This document shows, in pieces, positions 37,492-50,554 of a stretch of DNA of 64,000 bases. The position numbers were made by a program, and so were the translations under genes. The DNA comes from Octopus bimaculoides (lineage: Eukaryota): the NCBI RefSeq assembly GCF_001194135.2, contig NC_068989.1, positions 8,280,052-8,344,051 of the forward strand. Reading direction: 5' to 3'. Positions within the stretch are counted from its first letter, which is position 1. Each line of letters begins with the position of its first letter. The notes beneath the pieces are model-generated. The model made no database searches. It had not been told where the DNA came from and saw nothing but the letters and a program-made list of their open reading frames with translations.

Positions 37492-38229
37492 TCTCGTTAA
37501 TCTTGGATCTAGTAGTCTGTCACCTGAAATGTCATTATATACAATTCAGTCTTACGTACAAGCATTGTATTGTTAGTGAACAACTCACTCAAATTAGATA
37601 CCTATTAATTATTAATTCTTTTAATTTTTAATTATAGATTTCAAATGTTATTCTACGGTGTTGAGACCCATTTTTCCTATCCAAAATTGTGATACCTTTT
37701 CTTTTTTTTTTCCGTGTGATTATATTTCCACCCACCTGAATGTTAACATATATTTCGTCAGCGAACGATCAAAGCCAGAACGTATTTTCCATATGTTGAG
37801 CACTGTTAAACAAAAATCTACGTTAGTGCAGCTCTTTCAAATCTCCCCTGAGTTTAAGGACAGCATTTACATAATTCTGTTACCTACATACATATAGATT
37901 GAAGACAAAATCATTCATAATTAAATTCCATAGAAAAGTAGGCAAATGTCGATAATTCTGTTGGTTATCTAGTTCTTTGTCTTGTCGATCATCTACGTCT
38001 GTATATTTTAGATAAAACCATTAGATATGTGATTACAAGTCCAATCAATATATTCTATTGAAGATTGCCAAGTGGATTCATTGAATATGGCGAATATTTT
38101 ACTTTCTGTCTATTGAAACAACACAAATGAATTGAAATATCACGAATATCTTCATGTTTCCTCTTCTATGGGGAAGCGATCGAATAACTTCTGAAAAACT
38201 AGGTCAAGGCATATTTTGTAAGACTTCAA

Positions 38230-38575
38230 TAGCCATGACAGGAGAGGGCGACGATGGACGACGACAGGCGGCGATGACGGGGCCGACAATGACGCTGAAG
38301 GTGGTGGTGGTGGCGGTGACAGTGAAAGTGCTGCTGGTGACGGTGGCGGCAGAGGTGTTGCGGTGGTGGTGGTGGTGACAGTGAAAGTGCTGCTGGTGAC
38401 GGTGGCGGCAGAGGTGTTGCGTTGGTGGTGGTGGTGGTGGTGGTGATGATAGTTTGATGATAATGATAACGACAACGGTAATCACGATGGTGAGGAAGAT
38501 AAGGGGGGGGGGGTCTTCGTCCACAACGAAGGTAGTGGCATCGTTTCTGAGGAAGGTGGTGACGATGATGGATTG
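38230..38575. repeat. GGT/GAT-rich cryptic simple sequence with a 59-bp-period tandem duplication
   Basis: 48-nt unit GGTGACAGTGAAAGTGCTGCTGGTGACGGTGGCGGCAGAGGTGTTGCG at 38315 and 38374. Confidence 0.9.
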
Positions 38576-38742
38576 ATTGAGAAGGAACAGGGACGCAGGT
38601 TTGGTTGTAACTCAAATACAAAGCCTCATACGTCACATGCTAAACATTCAATCAACATAGAGAGAAACGGCGACAAGAAAGAACGAAAGAAAGAAAGAAA
38701 GAAAGAAAGAAAGAAATAAAGAAAGAAAGAAAGAAAGAACGA

Positions 38743-38774
<32 letters not shown>

Positions 38775-39515
38775 AGTGGAACAAATAAATAATTCGGTTT
38801 CATAAGACGTTATCTCCTAAATTAAAGCAAATGCACGCTTTAGAAAGCCATGCAGATTCGATCTTCGATTCTGTTTTGTGAGGAACGGTCATAGAACTCG
38901 TCGTTGATCATGCAACATCTGTATTGATCTCATGTCTTAACATGTTATAATAGCCAGCCATGTTGCCTCTTTGCAATCGGAGAAATATTCTTTGATTTTT
39001 GATTTTTATTTATTTATTATGCGTATGTTACCCATGCATTGGTTTTTGATTGTTTGCATATCTAGTGTTTGCATCAGTGAATGCCTGTGTGTATTTGGCG
39101 CATGCGTGCCCTCGAAACACTCCTACACACGCACACACAAACACACACCACAAACACAGAAACATATACCCATGTATGTATGTATGTATGTATATTGCAA
39201 AAAAATATTGCAAAAAAATAATTTCCTTCAAATCTGTAAAGGAAATTTGTCAGGTTGTAAGTTTGTAATGGTGTTGAAATTTTACACATTTCGCATAGTA
39301 TCGATATATACCACGAAACAAAAACTTTGCCCTGTGATCTTTCTAAATAACCTACATACACGAATTAAGATTACAAGTTGTTTCCATTAAATACAATAAT
39401 CCAATCCTTGGATTAAATCCAATTCAAAATCGTTTCTATTTCCTGCATACATAACATAACATGCAAATGTGGGTGTACATATGCATACACACAAACACAC
39501 ACACACTCATATGTT

Positions 39516-39564
<49 letters not shown>

Positions 39565-41066
39565 NNNNNNNNNNNNNNNNNNNNNNNNNNNNNNNNNNNN
39601 NNNNNNNNNNNNNNNNNNNNNNNNNNNNNNNNNNNNNNNNNNNNNNNNNNNNNNNNNNNNNNNNNNNNNNNNNNNNNNNNNNNNNNNNNNNNNNNNNNNN
39701 NNNNNNNNNNNNNNNNNNNNNNNNNNNNNNNNNNNNNNNNNNNNNNNNNNNNNNNNNNNNNNNNNNNNNNNNNNNNNNNNNNNNNNNNNNNNNNNNNNNN
39801 NNNNNNNNNNNNNNNNNNNNNNNNNNNNNNNNNNNNNNNNNNNNNNNNNNNNNNNNNNNNNNNNNNNNNNNNNNNNNNNNNNNNNNNNNNNNNNNNNNNN
39901 NNNNNNNNNNNNNNNNNNNNNNNNNNNNNNNNNNNNNNNNNNNNNNNNNNNNNNNNNNNNNNNNNNNNNNNNNNNNNNNNNNNNNNNNNNNNNNNNNNNN
40001 NNNNNNNNNNNNNNNNNNNNNNNNNNNNNNNNNNNNNNNNNNNNNNNNNNNNNNNNNNNNNNNNNNNNNNNNNNNNNNNNNNNNNNNNNNNNNNNNNNNN
40101 NNNNNNNNNNNNNNNNNNNNNNNNNNNNNNNNNNNNNNNNNNNNNNNNNNNNNNNNNNNNNNNNNNNNNNNNNNNNNNNNNNNNNNNNNNNNNNNNNNNN
40201 NNNTATATATATATATATATATATATGCGTGCGTGCGTGCATGTGAGTGTGCGTGTCTATGCATGCATGTATGTATATATTTATGCATGTATGGATGTAT
40301 AAACACATATATTTCAATTTATTTGATGTACATCTGAAGTTATGTTTACCAAAGTTCGTGGATCTCAACAATTTATTTATTTTATTTTATTTTATTTGTT
40401 CTACTACCTGGTATAGTTTCAATAACATTAGAACATCAAATTAACGAAATTTTCCTTTCTGTCTGTTTACATAGAGAATCTATGGCGTTATGTTCCATAT
40501 TTTTTCGCTTTATTGGAATTCGCCAGATTTACCAATTTACTCAATTCCTGTCGTTGCAAGATCAAATTTCTAATATCCAATATTTGAGAAAACGTTCATA
40601 TTAAACAGATCATTGTGGAATTGTGTGCATATGTGAGATTACGAATGCGTTTGTGTGTGTGTGTGTTTGTGTGTGCATGTGTATGAGTGTTAGAGTATGA
40701 TATGGTGGCGTTGTGGAGCTTTTGTGGTAGGGTGTAAAAGACAGGAAAAGAAAACGGCATATAATACACAATCATAACTTCTTAGAATGATGTCTTAATT
40801 AAAAGCGCAAGCGCACAGTTAATATGTCTCGCTTACATTCCAAACACACATGCACACTTACCCGTACACTTCCTCTAACACATACATTCGTACGTACATA
40901 CACACACACATACACACATACATACATACATACATATATAAATAAGAACGTATTTGCATGCATACCTACATTTATACATACACACATACATGCATATGTA
41001 CTTATATATATCATTATGTAGGCTTATATACATAAATAGAAGCATTATGCACATATTTCATTAATA

Positions 41067-41099
<33 letters not shown>

Positions 41100-41470
41100 N
41101 NNNNNNNNNNNNNNNNNNNNNNNNNNNNNNNNNNNNNNNNNNNNNNNNNNNNNNNNNNNNNNNNNNNNNNNNNNNNNNNNNNNNNNNNNNNNNNNNNNNN
41201 NNNNNNNNNNNNNNNNNNNNNNNNNNNNNNNNNNNNNNNNNNNNNNNNNNNNNNNNNNNNNNNNNNNNNNNNNNNNNNNNNNNNNNNNNNNNNNNNNNNN
41301 NNNNNNNNNNNNNNNNNNNNNNNNNNNNNNNNNNNNNNNNNNNNNNNNNNNNNNNNNNNNNNNNNNNNNNNNNNNNNNNNNNNNNNNNNNNNNNNNNNNN
41401 NNNNNATATATATATATGTATATGTATGTATATATATATATTTCCGTATGTACATGAGCGACTGAGCGAT

Positions 41471-41514
<44 letters not shown>

Positions 41515-42004
41515 GCTCGTATGTGCGTTTGTATGTGTGCACGCATATATGTATATAAGTATACGCGCGTGTTTGTGTGTGTGAAAAGTGTGTCCAAATG
41601 TCTTTCAATGAATGAGTAGTAAGAGATTATTATGACTTAATGAAATACGCGTCTGTGACATAGTTTGTTGCCAAACAAGATGGCGCTCTTCTAAGCCCCG
41701 CATATCTGCCACCCTTTTCTATCCAATTTCTTCATGTATATATTGTTGAATAAATATCAATATAAGAGTACCTTCGTTATTTCTAGCTATTAATTGTATT
41801 GTTGTTTGCCTGCGTGTTTATTTCATCCATAGCAATATATATATACATATATATCAACCACCTGCGCATATAGAACTCGATATATGAGAACACGAGGGCA
41901 TATATACATACATGCACAAATACATATACACACGCTCATATGACTACACACACATACACACATAAACATATATATATATTAATATATATAAGTTTATACG
42001 TGTG

Positions 42005-42069
<65 letters not shown>

Positions 42070-42076
42070 GTATATA

Positions 42077-42405
42077 TACGACAAACGTCTTTCAGTTTCA
42101 TTCTTCCAAATCCACTCACAAGGCTTTGGTCGGCCCGTGGCTAGCGTAGAAGACACTTGCCCAAGGTGCTACGCTGTGAGACCGATCCCGGAACGTTGTG
42201 GTTGGTATGCAAGCTATTTTCCACACAGCCACGCTTCGTCCATGTTGGGGCAACATCTTCAAAGATTTAGAGGTACAAATCGATCCCAGTAATTAATTTA
42301 TGTCTGGAACATATTCTAGAGGCCCCTTTTTGTCGAACCGCTACGTGACGTGTACATTATGGAGCATAAATCGGCTGTGATGGGGCAGGAGACAAATACG
42401 AACAC
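42077..42405 (-). mobile_element. SINE family B halves in permuted order (5' half 42077-42238, 3' half 42239-42405) between microsatellites
   Basis: CAAATCCACTCACAAGGCTTTGGTCGGCCCG..CCACACAGCCACGC is followed directly by CCATGTTGGGGCA..GTCGAACCGCTA..GGAGACAAATAC. Confidence 0.8.
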
Positions 42406-42903
42406 ATACACATACATACATTAGTATACATGCACAGAAAAGCACACATATCTGTCTATTTATGTTTTGGGTTATAGTATATATGCATGTATATAATATA
42501 TACATATTTACAATGTGGTATTGCAATCCCAGGATTAAACTTGGTCTCTAGCATGGGAAATCGCATTAGTGGCAAAGCATCGTTCCCTGCATGCATTACT
42601 AAGATGACAACGATGTGCAAGCGAATGAGTGGTTAGATTTTGAGATTATTCAGAATAGGATAATAGGAAGCCTTGTTGTTGATGTGTAAAACATTTTTGC
42701 TCAGTCGTTGGATTACTGTTCGCAATCACATTTGCCCAATTCGCTACAAAGCGACAAATTAACAGCAGAACTCGAGGCAATCAACACCAGTAGACCAAAC
42801 AGATTGTCTGTCTCCGAGCAACAGATCAACTACGAGGAGCACACCCTTACTCCATTCAGTCATTCTTGCTCCATCCTTTGTTAGTATTTCTGCCTTCAGG
42901 TTA

Positions 42904-42904
<1 letters not shown>

Positions 42905-42941
<37 letters not shown>

Positions 42942-43045
42942 TTCTTCTTCTTCTTCTTCTTCTTCTTCTTCTTCTTCTTCTTCTTCTTCTTCTTCTTCTT
43001 CTTCTTCTTCTTCTTCTTCTTCTTCTTCTTCTTCTTCTTCTTCAT
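42905..43045 (+). repeat. (TTC)n microsatellite
   Basis: Directly visible. Confidence 0.98.
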
Positions 43046-43625
43046 CATTTTCGTCTTCATCATTTTCGCCTTCATCTTTTTCTTTTCTTCTCTTCTATTT
43101 CTTCTTCTTTCCTTTTTCTCATCGTCATCTTCATGTCTCTCATTAAAATTATCATGTTCTTAAATATTATACATTAATTATATACAAATCTCACCATGAT
43201 ATCATCACCATTATCACACATTAAATTCTCGCCCAATATGTTCCTCTTCTTTATATCTAGGTCCACACATTCTCGTTCTCTCCTTCCTCATTACCACAAA
43301 ATTTCTATCCCCAATCACAACGTATTTCTATACCCACGACCATACCTCCCGCTACTCCGCACCCTGCCACGTCATCTACCGCCTCACTCTTGTCCGCTTT
43401 TACTTTTTCATTGGTGCCATGACGCCCATCTCCCCACTTCCTGCTCACCTGGCTTCAATGTTTCTTTGTCCAAACGTTTCTTCTCCCAACAACTTCACCC
43501 ATTCACCTTCATCGTCCTATCTTCCTTCTTCTCAATCTTTCCGAACATTTATATTCCTATACATACACGCATACATACATACAAACATACATACATACAT
43601 ATATATATATACGCATGTATATATT

Positions 43626-43656
<31 letters not shown>

Positions 43657-43854
43657 GGTAAAGTATATTTGCCGCCTAAATGTGACTGACTTTTATTGCT
43701 ATATGTATACATATATATATACACATATATATATACATACATATAAATATATACATATATACATATATATATATACATATATACACACACACACACACAA
43801 ATATATATATATATATATAATATTAATAAGTATATCTTTTTGCACTATTGCATT

Positions 43855-44330
43855 ATGAGTTTCTACCTGAGGCTGTGGTCATTACGAGGCACGCCATTAG
43901 TGCTAATACTTGTTTATTTTAGAAATACTTCCTGGTTCTGTCTCCGGAATCGGTCTTGGGGAAGTAATGAGGTGGAAAGTGTTGTACGTTTTTGTGTTTG
44001 CTACCCTGATGTATGTTTATATGTTATATAAAAATAAGAATATGTATAATTCTTCACTATACCCCGTAGATCTCTGAGGCCTTCTGACAAGGTATTGAAA
44101 TGTTGCGGGTCTTTGAACCCCATGCTGTTACAGTATTCGGTTCTTACTCTGGACTGAAACCGCAGCGTCGTTTGTACTATATATTGGCGTCTAGTATGAT
44201 GATCAGCATTGCTTTCAATTCCAAATTTCGGTGCCAAACATTCCAGGATCTCTCATAAATGTGTCACTGCGTATCTTTCCCGAAGAAGCAGTACCTCAGC
44301 TCTTAGGAAGCAGCTCACAAAACCTGAATC
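43855..44330 (-). mobile_element. CR1-clade LINE 3' end remnant (ORF2 C-terminus plus 3' tail)
   Basis: Minus strand reads RERYAVTHL*EILECLAPKFGIES..RVRTEYCNSMGFKDPQHFNTLSEGLRDLRG, matching the post-RT C-terminus of invertebrate CR1 (RRERY..WKILEGLVPN..GPQLFN.LP..LR). Tail is ATGGCG-TGCCTCGTAATGACCACAGCC..GAAAC. Confidence 0.78.
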
Positions 44331-44589
44331 CTTTTATCCCCAATCAGATGAGGATCGGTTATTGAGAAAAGGAATTGAGGATGAGGGTTAATAATTGTTG
44401 AAGAAGTAGGGGAACTTGAAAAGGCAAGTTTATGTTTATATCAAGAAGAAAACGAAGAAACTCTCCTAAGGGAGGTAATAAGTAACGGATAGCGTACGGG
44501 ATGTGCAAAACGTAAAAAAAAAATGAGGTAAATGAGAAGTAAGAAATCAAGCTTTGAAGGAAAGGAGATTGACTTAGCGCTTTTCAAAA

Positions 44590-45340
44590 ACAGAAATAAA
44601 AAAACCAGATGCAAGGGAAGACAAATAAAAGGGTATTAAAGAGTAAGACCAAGGAAAGTATACTGGTAGAACGAGATCCAGCTCGAAGGGTAAATTGGAG
44701 GAAGAGGTCGATAGATCAGCAAGACTGCTCATAGAAATATTGAATATGGAACGATTCAGATGGAAAATATTGTATCGGAATGCGCGAAGTCAGCTCAAAA
44801 TGAGTACAAGAAGTGTAGGCATGATAAGATTTCTGTAATAATCCATTGGAATACTTGCAAAACATTTGGTTTTGCATAGACAGAAAAAAAGTTGTAAGCG
44901 TTCCTGAGAAAGTAAAAACGACAGCCGTCGAAAATGATGAAGTGAAATTGCTGAGGGATTTACCAATTAAAACGAAAAGGAAAAACAGAAAAAAAAAGAT
45001 CGGATATTGTAGTCATTGACAAGAAGCTATGTATTATAATTGATATGGTATTCTCATTTGACACGAGAGCAAAAAAGGAAAAGAAATGAAAACTAGATTA
45101 TTATACCAACGTAGCTAAACTGGTAAGATTAGGATACTGCCAATTATTATAGAGATCTTGGGAACAATGGAAAAAAATTCGAGAACGAATCTTCAAAACC
45201 ATGATCTTAATTTAGAAGAGGGTGCAATGCAGTACATCTGTTAATTAGATTCGAATGTCCTCAAAACAAAGAAATTAAAAACATGAAGTCCAAAAAAAAA
45301 AAAAAGCGCTTTATGAAGAATGTACAGAATGCTCATCATC
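44590..45340 (+). mobile_element. R4/Dong-clade non-LTR retrotransposon 3' remnant (restriction-like endonuclease domain)
   Basis: ENIVSECAKSAQNEYKKCRHDKI (44764-44830) matches the CCHC/RHD motif. VENDEVKLL.D is followed by RSDIVVIDKK.CIIIDM..FDTR..KEK.KLDYY (from about 44997), matching the PD-(D/E)xK RLE motif. Frameshifts and stops are present. Confidence 0.85.
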
Positions 45341-45588
45341 CTTGATCCTGTGTTGTGGGTCGACAAGATATGTAATTAAATCGGACACAACTGGAATTCC
45401 TTGAAGCAACAGATCAGAATAATCACAATGGGAAATTCCAACACCTATATCTCAGAGAACTGTGTCCAGAAGTTCACACTAATCTGTGCAGCTCATATAC
45501 TGTTAACTAGGTGGATTATTCTCTTTAATGAATCAGAGCAGTTTCGATACGTCTCCTCTGGCAGGGTAAAATAGATATTAATATTAGC

Positions 45589-45890
45589 AACAAGAGTACT
45601 CAGAGAGCGCAAACCCCCGCCAAGGCAGCATCAAAATCCTCTCAATGATTAGCCAAAGATGATCTTTAAAGTGAGAATGTCTGAAATAATCTCGACTGCT
45701 CTCAAAAATTAAGTAAAAAAAATCAGGAAAAATAATCCACGATCCTTGTCCGGTACCGGATCAATCCCCATATCTAACAAACCTGGAAGTTTCATCCGAA
45801 TCCATCCAGCGGTTCTTGAGATATCTTGTCCACGGTCAAACAAACGTAACTGAAAACAATACCTCCGCTTTAACTAAGGGGGAGGTAAAA
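45589..45890 (+). mobile_element. Helentron/HINE-like non-autonomous element, apparently complete
   Basis: Starts AACAAGAGTACTCAGAGAGCGCAAACCCCCGCCAAGG (subterminal ACC.CCGCC). Ends with hairpin ACCTCCGCTT-TAACT-AAGGGGGAGGT, then A-rich sequence. Internal palindrome TCCGGTACCGGA. Confidence 0.7.
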
Positions 45891-46799
45891 ATGATTTCCG
45901 AACAAGACCAGCAATTTTAATGGTGGTGATAGTTATTGGAACATATATAGATTGTTACAGTACTGAAATTGTTAGTTTGCTTCCTTCCCAAGGTCCTCTC
46001 CCTAAGTTTGATTTTGAGGTAAACTTTACCGTTCAAGGATTCGGGGCCAAAGAATTTAAAGTCCCAGTCAGCTACCGGATACAATTTGCTCCGCCTAAAA
46101 TTACTGACCTTGTGCTTAAATTATAACCGTTATTATTAATTGTTTCTGCTTTTAGTGTTGCTATAAATAGTCCCGAGAAAGAATTTTTACTATTCTACCA
46201 TTATTTACTAAAAATAAAAAATCTATCTTTTAAACTTCTTTCATTTTCTCGAGCATTACAAAAGGCTTTCGGATTAATTAAGAATCGGCCCCAATTCCCC
46301 GACGTGGAGAACTTGTCTTGACATTGTTTTATCTAATTGTATATATTTCTGCTATAGGCCATTTTATATTCTATTGACTCACTTTCTCAGCCTAACACCT
46401 AGAGAAGTAGAAGAGTGAAGAGCTCATCACTGTAGTTAAAGTAGAAACCTGATAACGTATGCAAATAGCACGGCAATTAATTTGAAACAGGGAGATAGAT
46501 TAAAGAAAAAGAAGACAATGGGAAAATTAAACAAAGAGTACATATGCTCGAAGGGGCTCAAAAACGCAAAGAATAGAATAGTGCACAAAAAATTAATTGA
46601 AAAAGAAATATGTGTGTGTGTATTACATACATACGTATATATATATATATATATATATACGTATGCCTTATGACCAACAACGATAGCAACAACACTGCTG
46701 AGAATAATTCCAATTTATCTTTCGTGAGCATAGTGGGTCATGAGAAGCGCCTAGCTGAAGGAAAAAACTAATCACTTAGCGGGAGGAGGTCAATAAATA

Positions 46800-47200
46800 C
46801 AGAACTATTTTCCACAAAATTTACATCAGGAAGGGAAGGAGGAAGGTGAAGTGCGTAACTTTTTCAATGCTTTTGAAAAATTATGTGGAAAGAAACTTGA
46901 CCGATGTGCGGTAAATGTGTGTTCACTCGACTTAGGAGAAGTATATGAAAACGTGCACAGGTGTTTAATACTAAGAATAAGGTGAGAAGGTAGGCATAGC
47001 TCGTGTGCAGTACGCCGGCCTAAAGATTGGTGCTGCAGCAAATGGTGTAAAGTATTATTTGGGTCACAACCAGTTATGTTAATACAGATACTAACTCTGC
47101 ACTTTCTTTTTTCTTTCTGGCACAGTACAGGGTGTGAGTGTGCGCGATATTGATGTAGAACAAGAAATGTTTGTGTAGTTTACCATAATACCATTTCTTA
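46800..47200 (-). mobile_element. Possible highly decayed CR1-type LINE 3' fragment
   Basis: Minus strand LQHQSLGRRTAHELCL..SSFFPH..SSFP loosely resembles LAHRR..SL.LF..SFFPRT..FP, as in the 50.5-51.4 kb element. Confidence 0.35.
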
Positions 47201-47570
47201 ATTACCTGTTCAGTCCATAAACCTATACCGGAGCTATATGTCATTGAAGGTGCGGAAAAGCACTCCATCAAATTGTCGCAACGTGGAAAGTTCGGTCTCT
47301 GAGCATTTGGTACAGTAAGGGTTGTATAAATATCTTCTCAACACGAGGAAAGGAAAGCTAAATTGCAAAAAATAACCCACAAAAAACTGAAAACGGTAGA
47401 CGTAAAAAAATACAAGCAGGGTTACCTCATCCTCAATATCACAAGCACTAGAGGCCACTGCAGTTAAGCAATTAGAAAGTAACACGTTTTCCCAATTCAG
47501 CATGGGACCTACCAGAATAACTAAGCAGCAGTTGCACCCCGTTGTCATGCGAAGATAAGAAGAGGATGAT

Positions 47571-47785
47571 GGCTGGAGAGGTTTGGAAACTGTCGAGGTG
47601 CTTAGCAGTATGTCGTCTGAAGCTACGTTCCAAGTTCAAATCCCACCAAGTTCGACTTTGCCTTTCATCCTTTCGGGATCGATAAATTAAGTACCAGTGA
47701 AACACTGGGGTCAATGTAATCGACTAGTCCCCTCCCCCAAATTTCAGGTCTTGTGCCTTTAGTAGAAACGATTATTATTATTATT
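47571..47785 (+). mobile_element. SINE family A with (ATT)n tail; degenerate copies also at about 48402-48560 (+) and 54097-54256 (-)
   Basis: GTTCAAATCCCACCAAGTTCGACTTTGCCTTTCATCCTTTCGGG..GTCTTGTGCCTTTAGTAGAAACGATTATT. Confidence 0.88.
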
Positions 47786-48999
47786 CAACGTACAGTAACA
47801 AATATATTAATAATTATTTTCTATTTCAAGCCATTTCTTGTGAGACATTCTCTGCACTGCCAGGTGCATTTGTGTATTTCTCAGGTTTGTATAAAAATGT
47901 ATTTTGTTCCACCATTTCACCCACCTGCCATCATGGACAATTATTAATAAATCTAAAAGTAAGTGACTTGGAGAATTTAGATAATGTCGAGTTTATATTT
48001 AGAAGTTCTGTTATTGTCTCATTCTGACATTCGAATCTTCTAGAATTCCTCCTCGAATTTTGTGGTTGTTGTTTTTGTTTGTGTTTTGAAATCACTGTTT
48101 TTATTGCTTCTCCGATTTCCAATTATTTCTCGTTTTATGAGAAACGTGATCAGACATCTGACCGCGGTAATACATTATACGGGTACACGGGGATAATTTA
48201 AAGCTGAAGGGTGGACAGATGGAAGGTAAAAGTAGAAATTTAATATTTCTACTTCAAGAAACAGTAGCCATTACGTTGTGAAAATTTATTTATTTAATTT
48301 ATTCACCCAGGATGCACACACAACCGAATAGTGTTTTAAAAATAGCTGTATTTTAATTTGACAAATATCGATTAATTACAAACGCAGAAAGACAGGGGCA
48401 GTGGATCGGCAGAATCTGAGAATAAAGCTTCCAAGAAAATGCCTTGTGAAAGCTGTTCTACACCTTTACATTCTGGGTTCAAATCCGGGTTGCCTTTCAC
48501 CCCTCACGTGGTTATTGAAATGAAATACAAGTCGGGACCTCAGTCGACTTAATCCTCCACTTTTCACTGCCAACTTGCAACTCGCTGACATGTTACGGTA
48601 GAACTACAATCTCCGTCTAGAAGTGGGGCTCCAACAACAGACGATATAACAGAGCATCTGCAGGATACTCTCATCACATAAATAATTTCTTTTTTTTTTT
48701 TTTGAACCCTAGAAAGACCGGTGACTCGGTTTCCATGGCTTCTCAGTGGACGAAATCACAGCGTTTTCCTACAGGAGACGCTGGTCCGTCATAGGATTCA
48801 AGGCCAGTAATTTTGAGTGGGTTGGACAGGTTGAATACATGGGCCCCAATATTAACACTTTATTTTATCGACCCTAAAAAGTTGAAAAGGAAAGTTAACG
48901 GGCAACCTTCTTTATTGGTACAGTAGCCGAATAGCAAAATGTGTTTCTTTGGCCAGATGACAAAACATTCACTCCAAACACGAAGTATTTCGGTTTGTG

Positions 49000-49900
49000 A
49001 TTAAGCAAATTTCAAGGTATTTGCTTTTACACAATTGGTTAGTGTGGGTGTGACAACTTCAGTAGTATTTACTAATCGGTAAGGAAGATTAATCTGATTA
49101 ATTTGATCTGTAGATTGGTGTAAATATGATTAAGGTGGATGTGGAGCGAGTTGCTGTTCTGGGGATACATTTTTGGGTGAGAACAAAATGTTTTAATCGA
49201 AACACACACACACACATACGCACACACCATAATGCGTAATGTATGGATTGAGGAATATAAGTAGCCTACTAGTGCAGAGAAGGAGAAAGTGTCGAATAAA
49301 TAAGAGAAAACTCAGTAGTGTAAGTGGTGAATGTTTTGGCAATTTATCGGCTGGCAGAGCAAAAGATTTAGACTAGTGGTCAGAGGGAAAACGGTTTAAA
49401 AAGTGGCCACTATTACCCTTAATATACTGGAAAGCTGGGAGTGTCACTTAAGTTGCATTTTGTAGGATATATTCTAAAGAACATCTATTTTTATAGGTAG
49501 ACATAGAAAGGTTGAAGATTTTACTGAAGAAGGACTCCGAGTACAGATTTATTGAGCCATAGGCAGAACAAACTTCAGTTTTTATCGCCTTTTTCAGTCG
49601 AATGTAACTGGCTATGTTTTTATTTTAAGTATCTATGTACGTAAGTTAATGCAAGGAATATGTTAGAGAAGTGGTCAGTTCAAGATGTGGTTTGGCAGGT
49701 GGATGCAAAGGAAGTGGGTATAGAATATGGTGGCTTTTATGAGAAGTATTATTCACAGCGTACCTTGATTGTCGGAATCGATAGTAGAGCTATACATAGT
49801 TTTTAGAGATACCCTTGTAAAGTACCCAGTCTTCTGTAACCCAGATATCAGATAAGAACATGAACCAACTTCCTCATTGATGTAGCTTCAGTGGAGAAAA
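49000..49900 (+). mobile_element. Possible decayed L1/Tx1-type LINE ORF2 remnant
   Basis: Purine-rich unique-looking block with fragments such as VAVLGIHF and LSAGRAK, loosely similar to Tx1 post-RT motifs. No intact frame. Confidence 0.25.
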
Positions 49901-50554
49901 AAAAAGATAGGAATTTTAGTATAAAAGATGATTTAGGAGTTATCATCCTCCTGGCATTGTACTTCCGAGTCACTATATTATAAAGCATCAATGATGTATG
50001 GCAGAGATAAACACTAACTACTTAATAACTATAATTGTAATCGGCTTTACAATTGACCCGGAATTTCGAGCTCTGTCACAACTTTGTCGACTCTCTGTTA
50101 GAGTTCTCGAACTCAAGATAAGTAGAGTTCAAACGAAGTGCAAAGCCATTGTTAAGATAAGAATTTTAAATTTAAAAAAGCGGAAAGTCGATAATATAAC
50201 CTCCATTTATTGCAGTTCTAAACTTTATCTTCTAAGGCTAAATATTTTCTATAGTTTATTGACAAATGTTCTCTATCTGTTGTCAGTAAATATATCGCAG
50301 TAGATATAATTCAATTCTCTTCGATATCAATCTAAATGTTCTACTGAAGCATAAAAAAGCTAAGTTTTGACAATAATTCAGCCTTTAGCGTTCCCCTAAA
50401 GAAGCAACAAAATTGTGTTTTTGTAGATCGTATTTGGATAGATTGCCTTAATTTAGTTCACTATCCATACTTAAATTATTTTGAAGCTATCTCCTTTAAT
50501 TTTCGTTTATATAATGAGGTAAAAGTTTCAGTCAAACTTCTTATTATATGAAAT

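Noticed and set aside
38152-38636. GC-rich ORFs rich in His, Thr, Pro and Gly
   Set aside because: Derived from GGT/GAT simple repeats. The 59-bp duplication period is not a multiple of three.
42705-42890. Exon-like frame SLDYCSQSHLPNSLQSDKLTAELEAINTSRPNRLSVSEQQINYEEHTLTPFS..
   Set aside because: It ends in a stop with no good donor and no recognised homology. It may be a decayed TE.
45535-45562. Minus-strand CAGAGGA-GACGTATC-GAAAC hammerhead-like string
   Set aside because: The core is mutated, stem II is only 2 bp and stem III is not palindromic.
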